A stretch of 64,000 nucleotides of DNA from Acutalibacteraceae bacterium (GTDB taxonomy: Bacteria; Bacillota; Clostridia; Oscillospirales; Acutalibacteraceae), in the NCBI GenBank assembly GCA_045591465.1, contig JAZNSZ010000018.1:5730-69729 (forward strand), given 5' to 3'. Below the pieces are notes generated by a model that saw nothing but the letters and a program-made list of their open reading frames with translations, did no database searches and was not told the origin of the DNA. Numbering within the stretch: position 1 is the first letter of the stretch; every line of letters starts with the position of its first letter. Shown here piece after piece: positions 57,458 to 64,000 of this stretch. The translations under genes and the position numbers were made by a program.

Positions 57458-58378
57458 TTATAGGTATTTTTTCTTGGTTTCGCATAGTTCGTTAATAAAC
57501 TGCTTGTCTAAATTTGATAATTTATACCCATTTTTATAAATCAGCATATCCTTATAGACTTTTTTATTATCGTTGCATTTTCTCAAAACCAAGTTATAGC
57601 GGTCGAGCAGAGTTTGGGGAGCGGGGGAAACCCACATAAATGTTTCCGGATTCATGGATAATAAATCAAATTGACTTGCGCGTTCAAATATAAATATTCT
57701 TCTGTTAATATTATCGGGCAGTTCTTCTTTTACCACCTTTGCAAGTGGCATAGAAGGGACATAGGGGTCGGCATGGGCGATTTCTATATAATCAACCAAA
57801 TCGTCAAAAGTAATTTCCGGCTTGTTAGCCAATGGATTATCGGCGCTCATAATCAGCGAATATGTAAACTCGGTAACCAATTCATAATGAAAACCTTTTT
57901 CTTCAAGCATTGACTTAAAGTATATATCGTAATTTTCGGCGTACCGAATAATTCCAAGTTTATAGTCATGGTTAAGCATGTTATGAATTGTGCGTTGCGA
58001 ATTTGTTTCTTTGTAAAAAATTTCCGTCGCATCGGTGGATAAGCATTTAGAAAATTTAGCAAATGCTTCCGAAATATAAGACGCGCGCGGTACCGAGATA
58101 GAAAACTTTTGCTTTTTTGGGGAACCGTCTTTATAAAATTTTTCGATTTCGTTTATTTGGTCCAAAACACCCTTAGCAAAATTCACAAATTCTTCACCGT
58201 CGGGGGTAAGTTTCATACCGTTTTGTGTGCGGTCGAAAATTGTTATGCCAAGGTCACTTTCCAATTCTTTTATAGAACGGCTTATGTTTGGCGCGGCTAT
58301 TAAAAGCGTTTCTGAAGCCTTGCTAAGCGAACCTGCTTTAGCAACTTCAAGAGCATGTTTCATATGTAATAGGTTCAA
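57458..58378 (-). CDS. LysR-family transcriptional regulator
   Basis: N-terminal HTH (NLLHMKHALEVAKAGSLSKASETLLIAAPNISRSIKELE). A TTG at 58378 with an AGGGGTGGG RBS is preferred over the track start at 58429. Confidence 0.85.
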   Translation of the reverse strand: MNLLHMKHALEVAKAGSLSKASETLLIAAPNISRSIKELESDLGITIFDRTQNGMKLTPDGEEFVNFAKGVLDQINEIEKFYKDGSPKKQKFSISVPRASYISEAFAKFSKCLSTDATEIFYKETNSQRTIHNMLNHDYKLGIIRYAENYDIYFKSMLEEKGFHYELVTEFTYSLIMSADNPLANKPEITFDDLVDYIEIAHADPYVPSMPLAKVVKEELPDNINRRIFIFERASQFDLLSMNPETFMWVSPAPQTLLDRYNLVLRKCNDNKKVYKDMLIYKNGYKLSNLDKQFINELCETKKKYL

Positions 58379-58622
58379 CAATCCCACCCCTAAAAGTACT
58401 TTTACTGTATTATAACATTTTTCACTCACAAAATCAATTAGTATAAATCCTTATGTCCTGCGGTAATTGTGGAATTTGATGATTTGCCCATTCAATAATA
58501 TCGACAGGGAATTGTATAGACAGTTCACAAAGTTTATTTATTTAGTTTTATATGAAATATTGTTTATATTCAGGTTGTGATTTTAAATCTTTCATTAAGC
58601 CTTCTTCATTATTTGAAGTAGG

Positions 58623-58650
58623 AGTGAAGAGTGAAGAGGTAAAAAGTAAA
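58623..58650 (+). repeat. Heptamer array AGTGAAG AGTGAAG AGGTAAA AAGTAAA
   Basis: Read directly; the same unit as at 5395-5424. Confidence 0.6.
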
Positions 58651-58682
58651 ATCGACAAACCTCTGTCGAGATTTGTCGATTT
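58647..58682 (-). terminator. Terminator downstream of the tRNA
   Basis: AATCGACAAA...TTTGTCGATT stem, followed by a T-rich run on the minus strand. Confidence 0.55.
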
Positions 58683-58759
58683 TGGCCCGCCCGAAGGGAT
58701 TCGAACCCCCGATCTTCAGAATCGGAATCTGCTGCGTTATCCAGCTGCGCCACGGGCGG
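58683..58759 (-). tRNA. tRNA-Arg (anticodon CCG) with encoded CCA
   Basis: Folded by hand. Acceptor CCGCCCG/CGGGCGG, D arm GCGC...ACGC, anticodon arm GCAGA-UUCCGAU-UCUGA, T arm GGGGG-UUCGAAU-CCCUU, discriminator G, CCA. Confidence 0.75.
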
Positions 58760-58780
58760 AAATATTAAGTTATAGGCAAT

Positions 58781-58801
58781 AAGTAATAGTGAATAGGCAA
58801 G
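58781..58801 (+). repeat. Heptamer array AAGTAAT AGTGAAT AGGCAAG
   Basis: Read directly. The block AGTGAATAGGCAAGGAGTTTCG closely matches AGTGAATAGTGAAGAGTTTCG at 5409-5429. Confidence 0.6.
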
Positions 58802-58850
58802 GAGTTTCGCTTTGCAAAACTCCTTACTTCTTGACTTTTAAATCTCACTT

Positions 58851-59864
58851 TTATTTTGAATATCCCTGTGGGTTATTTTTTTGCCATTTCCAAGTATCAC
58901 GGCACATTTCATCTATACCGAACCTTGCGCTCCAACCAAGAATATCACGCGCTTTATCCGCATTAGCGTAAACTTCGTCAGGGTCGCCGGGGCGGCGGGG
59001 GTCTATAACATAAGGCACATCAATTCCACTTGCCTTTACGAAGGCTTCGCGAAGTTGCAATACGCTGGTGCCGTTACCGGTACCCAAGTTAAATGCTTCG
59101 CAGCCTGTATTTGAAAGTGCCCAATCAACAGCCTTAACATGACCGTCCGCAAGGTCTACTACATGGATATAGTCGCGCACACCGGTACCGTCAACGGTTT
59201 TATAATCATCACCAAAAACATGCAACTTTTCAAGTTTTCCGACAGCAACCTGTGAAATATAGGGCATAAGGTTATTAGGAATACCTTTAGGGTCTTCACC
59301 GATAGTTCCGCTTTCGTGTGCGCCGATTGGGTTAAAGTAACGAAGCAGGGCAATACACCAATCTTTATCTGCAACATAAAGGTCCCTAAGTATTTCTTCA
59401 ATGAAATATTTTGTTCTGCCGTAAGGATTAATAGCGCCAAGCGGCATACCTTCTATAAGCGGCATCTCGGTAGCAACACCATAAACGGTAGCCGAAGAAG
59501 AAAAAACAATCTTCTTTACATTAAACTCGTTCATAACTTCAAGTAAAACAAGAGTACTTACAAGATTATTATCGTAGTACATAATCGGTTCTCTTACAGA
59601 TTCGCCAACAGCTTTAAGACCGGCAAAGTGGATAACCGCTTCAATCTTATTTTCATTAAAAATTTTGCGCAAGGCATCTTTATTTCTAACGTCTTCTTGA
59701 TAGAATTTAACAGCCTTACCTGTAATTTTTTCTACTCTTTTTAAGGATTCGCTGCTACTGTTATCCAGATTATCTACAACGATAACATCGTATCCTGCAT
59801 TTTGCATTTCAACACAGGTATGGCTACCTATGTAACCTGCACCGCCTGTTACTAAGATTGACAT
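58851..59864 (-). CDS. galE: UDP-glucose 4-epimerase
   Basis: ILVTGGAGYIGSH Rossmann motif, a YGRTK (YxxxK) motif, and GalE-like sequence throughout. Confidence 0.9.
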   Translation of the reverse strand: MSILVTGGAGYIGSHTCVEMQNAGYDVIVVDNLDNSSSESLKRVEKITGKAVKFYQEDVRNKDALRKIFNENKIEAVIHFAGLKAVGESVREPIMYYDNNLVSTLVLLEVMNEFNVKKIVFSSSATVYGVATEMPLIEGMPLGAINPYGRTKYFIEEILRDLYVADKDWCIALLRYFNPIGAHESGTIGEDPKGIPNNLMPYISQVAVGKLEKLHVFGDDYKTVDGTGVRDYIHVVDLADGHVKAVDWALSNTGCEAFNLGTGNGTSVLQLREAFVKASGIDVPYVIDPRRPGDPDEVYANADKARDILGWSARFGIDEMCRDTWKWQKNNPQGYSK

Positions 59865-60005
59865 AAAAAAACCCCTTTCGGTTTGATTTTAACTACACTC
59901 ATTTTATATTATATGCAATATTTTGTCAAGGAATAGAGCGCCTAAAATTTTCAAAACAAAAACGGCTTGGATTTAATCCAAGCCATTTTTGCGTTGAGGT
60001 AAAGA

Positions 60006-61313
60006 TTAAAGTTTCTTCATTTTCATTTTACGAGCTAACAAGGTTAAAACAAGTAAAACAATGTAAAGACAACCTATTGTTATGAAAATAGCACTCCAAC
60101 CGAAACTTTCTTTAACAAAACCGAATACAGAAGCCTGAATAGCGGCACCCATATATACAGCCCAGTCAAGAACACCAACAACGGTAGAAGAAAGAGCACG
60201 ACCGCCCATATCACCTGCGATTGCCCAGATAACGCCTGTTACCATGGAGAATACGCCAACTACAAACAACATAATTGTTGCAGGTAATTGTGTTTTGAAG
60301 AATGGGAAGCATACAAGACCTGCACAAGCAACAATAGCGGCTAAAGCAAGCATTGGTTCGCGTTTGCCTTTGAAAATTTTATCGGTAATGAAGGGGAAAA
60401 CGAACATTGCAAAAGCCTGACCTAAAGGAAGAACGATGTATGTGAACATATCGTTCTTAAGGGTAAGACCTAATTCTTCAGTGAAGTAGGTAGGAATCCA
60501 GGTGAGAAGACCGTAACGGCCGATACCTGCGATAGCAGATATTAAGCAAAAAATGATAACTTTGGGTTCGCTAAAGAGAAGCTTATAAGGATAGAAGAAT
60601 CCTCTTTTTGCAATTTCAGCTTCCATAGCAGCATTGCTATTGTCGAGTTCTTTATCTGCTTCCTCGAATGCGGGAAGACCAACATCTTCGGGTTTTTCCT
60701 TAAAGAATGCGATGAACGCGATAAGGATAAGAACCATTGGGATAATCGGGAAACGGAAACCTGCGCGCCATGTCCATTCAGGGTTAAGAATTAAGCACCA
60801 GTTAACTGTTAAATAGGTAACTGCCTGTGCAACACCTGAGAAAGCGGTAGCAAGACCTGAAGCGAAACCACGCTTCTCTTTTGGCCACCATTTGTTAATA
60901 ACGCCAACACCGTTTGACCAAACCATAGCCTGAACAAAACCATTAAGACCCCAAAGAACTGCGATGATAGCAAGGTTACTTTGGAAAGAAATCAAAACAT
61001 TAAGAATGGCAGAAGCTACAACGCCGAAAACCATAAGTTTCTTGTAGCCGAAGAAAGAACCTAAGCGTCCGCTAACCAACTGGCCAAAAGCATAGCACCA
61101 GAAAAGTGCAGATGAAACAACACCGATGGTGCCAAGGTCGGAAGCGAAGTATTCCTTCATGAGCGGCATAACCAAGTTAATGTTTTGGCGGCCGTTGTAG
61201 AAGAACAAGTAGGTAAAACCGAAGCTTAAAAGCATAAGCCAAGCGTATTTCTTAAACTTCTTGTATTGCTCATTGTTGTAGCCGTACATGAACTTTTCTT
61301 TTAAATTTGACAT
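60006..61313 (-). CDS. MFS transporter, organophosphate:phosphate antiporter (GlpT/UhpC)-like
   Basis: 12 TM segments. N-terminal YNGRQNINLVMP and a GRLGSFFGYKK loop typical of the OPA family. Confidence 0.75.
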   Translation of the reverse strand: MSNLKEKFMYGYNNEQYKKFKKYAWLMLLSFGFTYLFFYNGRQNINLVMPLMKEYFASDLGTIGVVSSALFWCYAFGQLVSGRLGSFFGYKKLMVFGVVASAILNVLISFQSNLAIIAVLWGLNGFVQAMVWSNGVGVINKWWPKEKRGFASGLATAFSGVAQAVTYLTVNWCLILNPEWTWRAGFRFPIIPMVLILIAFIAFFKEKPEDVGLPAFEEADKELDNSNAAMEAEIAKRGFFYPYKLLFSEPKVIIFCLISAIAGIGRYGLLTWIPTYFTEELGLTLKNDMFTYIVLPLGQAFAMFVFPFITDKIFKGKREPMLALAAIVACAGLVCFPFFKTQLPATIMLFVVGVFSMVTGVIWAIAGDMGGRALSSTVVGVLDWAVYMGAAIQASVFGFVKESFGWSAIFITIGCLYIVLLVLTLLARKMKMKKL

Positions 61314-61335
61314 TGTTTTTTTCTCCTATTATTAA

Positions 61336-62076
61336 TTAACCGAAGATTTTAGCATCTGCTTCGTCGTATGCAAGAATTTCTGCAGTAACGCGAGCGTGAT
61401 CTTCAAGATTATCGATTTCGTCGATGAAGTAGTCTTCGTAAGAGAATGCGCGAACATTCAAAGCGGGGAAGATTTCGTTAAGTGCGTTTTCAGCATAGCA
61501 CTTGTCTTCGCCCTTGTGAATGAATTCTACAACCTTGCCTATCCAAGCAGAAGCGGTTGCTTTTTCCATCTTGTAGAAAGGTTGGAAAGCAAAGCAGTCT
61601 TCATCGAAGATATTGATAGAAACTTCTACAACCTTACCGTCTTTAACTCTGCCCTTGAAATCCTTTTCAGGAAGAGCTTTTTTGAAGTTAACGGTAGCGG
61701 TGTTCTTTTCTTCACTTGCAAGTACATCGTGGAGTAACTTGCGGTTAAATACTAAGTCACCGTGGAAGAAGAGAAGGTCGTCGTCCATAAGGTCACGTGC
61801 TAAATACATAGAATAGATGTAGTTAGTCTTGTCATAAATATCATTGCGAACAAAACTGAAGTTAAGTTCCGGGAATTCTGCAGCAACACCTTTTAATTGG
61901 TCTTCGAAAGGACCGGTGGTGATGATGAAATCTTTAATGCCTTCTGCGCTCAAAAGACGGATTTGACGGTGGAAAATTGTTTCACCATTCTTTAATTGTG
62001 CCATAGATTTGTGATTATTCTTGGTAAATTCGCCCATGCGGTTACCAAGACCAGAGTTGAAGATAACAGCTTTCAT
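61336..62076 (-). CDS. LicC-like sugar/alcohol-phosphate nucleotidyltransferase
   Basis: N-terminal MKAVIFNSGLGNRMG (G-x-G-x-R NTP-transferase signature). GAAAGGGG RBS before the ATG at 62076; the track ORF extends to 62166. Confidence 0.7.
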   Translation of the reverse strand: MKAVIFNSGLGNRMGEFTKNNHKSMAQLKNGETIFHRQIRLLSAEGIKDFIITTGPFEDQLKGVAAEFPELNFSFVRNDIYDKTNYIYSMYLARDLMDDDLLFFHGDLVFNRKLLHDVLASEEKNTATVNFKKALPEKDFKGRVKDGKVVEVSINIFDEDCFAFQPFYKMEKATASAWIGKVVEFIHKGEDKCYAENALNEIFPALNVRAFSYEDYFIDEIDNLEDHARVTAEILAYDEADAKIFG

Positions 62077-62183
62077 AACTGTACCCCTTTCAAAAAATAT
62101 TAAGTTATTGTTTTTCAACGTTGATATTATATTAAAAATCACCATAAAAGTCAATAAATTTATCAAAATTTTAAATTTTGCTC

Positions 62184-62218
62184 TTGAAAATCACTTCGTG
62201 TTGATTTATAATAATCAA
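62184..62218 (+). promoter_or_regulatory. Promoter with a palindromic operator overlapping the -10 box
   Basis: TTGAAA (62184-62189), 17-nt spacer, TATAAT (62207-62212). TTGATT-TATAAT-AATCAA forms a perfect palindrome at 62201-62218. Confidence 0.55.
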
Positions 62219-62241
62219 AAAGGTGTTAAAAGGGTGATTTT

Positions 62242-63180
62242 ATGTCAGTAGGTTCCAATATTAAAAAACGTAGATATGAACTTAGAATGTCGCAACAGGA
62301 ACTTGCCGATGCAATGGGATACAGAACCAGGTCGACTATTGCTAAAATTGAATCGGGAGAAAACGACGTTTCTCAAAAAAAACTGCAAAAATTTGCCGAA
62401 GTACTTGATACAACTGTAGAGGCATTGATTTCGGGTTATGCTAATGCATATCAACCCGCGACTACGCAAGAGCCTTCGGTTTTCAAGAAAAATAAAAATG
62501 TTGCAATTATTCTTGCCGGTGGTAAAACGGGGCGTAACAGTAGGAATATACCAAATCAGTTTATTGATGTTCACGGCAAACCGATTATTGTGCATTGTAT
62601 GGATGCTTATCAATCACACCCATCAATTGATGATATATATGTAGTATGTCTCAAAGGGTGGGAAGATATTGTAACTGCTTATGCAAAACAATTTGGAATT
62701 ACAAAATTAAAGGGACTTGTACCTGCGGGAAACTTTGGTGTTGTTTCGCTCAAGAATGGATACACATATATAAAAGATAGATATTCTTCCGATGATGTGG
62801 TTATAGTTCAAGAGTCTACAAGGCCGATGGTAAATACCGAAACGATCTCCAAACTGTTACTTGCTTGTTCAGAGATGGGTAGTGCTACAATTTGCCATTA
62901 TATGAAGGATTATGTGCAGTTTGATATGTCGGGCGGTTATCCCGAATATTTGGACCGCGATAAAATCGTGGCGGTTCAGTCACCGGAAGCGCATCGCATA
63001 GAAATTTTGGATAATGTTTTTAAAATGGCGGAAAGTAACGGTCACAATTTAACCGAGTCTAACTGCACAATGTTAATGTATAATTTGGGTTATGATATAA
63101 ACTTTATTGAAGGCGATATTAATAATATTAAGGTAGAACGTGAAGAAGATATTATAAAATTCAGCGCGTTATGTAAATAA
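62242..63180 (+). CDS. XRE-family HTH domain fused to an IspD/TarI-like cytidylyltransferase domain
   Basis: N-terminus IKKRRYELRMSQQELADAMGYRTRSTIAKIESGEN (XRE HTH). From about aa 85, VAIILAGGKTGRNSRNIPNQF matches the IspD/TarI P-loop-like signature. Confidence 0.75.
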   Translation: MSVGSNIKKRRYELRMSQQELADAMGYRTRSTIAKIESGENDVSQKKLQKFAEVLDTTVEALISGYANAYQPATTQEPSVFKKNKNVAIILAGGKTGRNSRNIPNQFIDVHGKPIIVHCMDAYQSHPSIDDIYVVCLKGWEDIVTAYAKQFGITKLKGLVPAGNFGVVSLKNGYTYIKDRYSSDDVVIVQESTRPMVNTETISKLLLACSEMGSATICHYMKDYVQFDMSGGYPEYLDRDKIVAVQSPEAHRIEILDNVFKMAESNGHNLTESNCTMLMYNLGYDINFIEGDINNIKVEREEDIIKFSALCK

Positions 63181-63212
63181 ATTTAAAGGCGCTAACCTTT
63201 AGGTTTTAGATT

Positions 63213-63247
63213 AAAAAAGAACAAGGCGGATTGCCTTGTTCTTTTTG
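63213..63247 (+). terminator. Rho-independent terminator
   Basis: AACAAGGC-ggatt-GCCTTGTT followed by CTTTTT. Confidence 0.7.
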
Positions 63248-63311
63248 TGTAGTAGTATTGTTATATTAAATAGGTATTTTTCATATGCTTAAATGATAAT
63301 GGTATAGGTTA

Positions 63312-63484
63312 GGCGAAACGATCATGTTTCGCCACAAAATCTTTGATTTTGCGACAAATTTTAAGAAAAATTTGTCCTATCCCATTGCAATGAGTGTTGT
63401 GCAAAATTAAATATTAGAATTTAATTTTGCTTAAGCCACTTAAAAAGCGGCTTGTCGAAGCACTTTTTAGTGTTTCGACAAACC
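63312..63484. repeat. Array of back-to-back perfect hairpins, ending with copy 2 (inverted) of the 49-bp element
   Basis: Hairpins at 63312-63333, 63335-63351, 63353-63376, 63401-63430 (12-bp stem) and 63436-63484. Confidence 0.7.
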
Positions 63485-63509
63485 ACAATCATTATAGAAG
63501 GGTTTAGGG

Positions 63510-63692
63510 GTGAGCGTTTTGAAAAAACACCATATAGCAGTTTGGCAAATAGCCTTGCTTTTAATAGTATCCATGGTTTCGGCGGTTGTTGTAACGGGGA
63601 AACCGGGATATGCCGCATCTGCTGACGCAGCATCAACCAAAACGGTTATTTTGGACGCCGGTCACGGCGGGTTAACTAATACTATAGATTAG
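63510..63692 (+). pseudogene. N-terminal fragment of a CwlD/Amidase_3-like N-acetylmuramoyl-L-alanine amidase, interrupted after GHGG
   Basis: Signal/TM segment followed by KTVILDAGHGG, then unrelated sequence and a stop. The rest of the amidase domain is absent in all frames up to the window end. Confidence 0.6.
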
Positions 63693-63847
63693 GTCCAAAA
63701 CTGCCGTGAAAATTCAATATTAAACACACCGAAAACCCGCTTAAATAGCGGGTTTTCTCCATTTTGCGACAACACAAGTATCAAAAATTGAATTAACATA
63801 CAAATTTGATTAAATTTGTAGAGCGTAGGATAAAAATAAAATTTTGG

Positions 63848-63876
63848 TTGACAAATTTTCCAACAAATGATATACT
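63848..63876 (+). promoter_or_regulatory. Near-consensus promoter inside the putative insert
   Basis: TTGACA, 17-nt spacer, TATACT. Confidence 0.5.
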
Positions 63877-63912
63877 GATACAAACTGATACTATTAAATA
63901 TTGGAGAGGATT

Positions 63913-64000
63913 ATGGATATAAAGCTATTTACGAAAATGCTAAAGGATAAGCATTTTACAGATTATCAAAAAATGCAGTATAAATACGGCGAGGATTTTA
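63913..64000 (+). CDS. 5' end of an unknown gene (MDIKLFTKMLKDKHFTDYQKMQYKYGEDF...), continues off-window
   Basis: GGAGAGG RBS 4 nt before the ATG at 63913. The reading frame is open to the window end. Confidence 0.4.
   Translation, partial: MDIKLFTKMLKDKHFTDYQKMQYKYGEDF

Overview
A low-GC Firmicute chromosome segment, probably a spore-forming gut anaerobe of the Clostridia (Oscillospiraceae/Ruminococcaceae-like). Evidence: a dockerin-type module, AdhE, a membrane pyrophosphatase, a glycyl-radical enzyme and sporulation cortex genes. Layout: (1) 1-5.1 kb is the right part of an integrated, mobilisable rolling-circle-plasmid-like element. It has a MobV relaxase with a candidate oriT, an HUH Rep, an AT-rich cargo gene and a convergent type I toxin/antisense-RNA candidate. 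It sits in a PdaB-like polysaccharide deacetylase gene whose 3' end is present twice. (2) 5.7-15 kb holds an alkaline phosphatase, AraC, hppA and a GH65 phosphorylase/beta-phosphoglucomutase pair bracketed by two paralogous SGNH esterases. (3) 15-51.5 kb is a roughly 36 kb AraC-associated glycan-utilisation island. It opens with an orphan glycyl-radical-enzyme operon (sialidase-fold protein, activase, GRE with a non-canonical Cys loop, FAD oxidoreductase, NanA/DapA-type aldolase). Then come two paralogous clan-GH-A-like proteins, a dockerin protein and a 1874-aa membrane-anchored protein sharing a repeated module, two binding proteins, two ABC permease pairs split by an NHL/Yip1/large-secreted-protein trio, and a ThuA/Gfo-Idh-MocA/TIM-barrel set. 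(4) 51.5-63.2 kb holds housekeeping and accessory genes (YhcH, SulP, kinase, adhE, LysR, tRNA-Arg, galE, MFS, nucleotidyltransferase, an XRE-HTH::cytidylyltransferase fusion). (5) At the right edge a CwlD-like amidase gene is cut after GHGG by what looks like another inserted element. No rRNA or CRISPR was seen. All family calls come from motif recognition by eye, with no database search.
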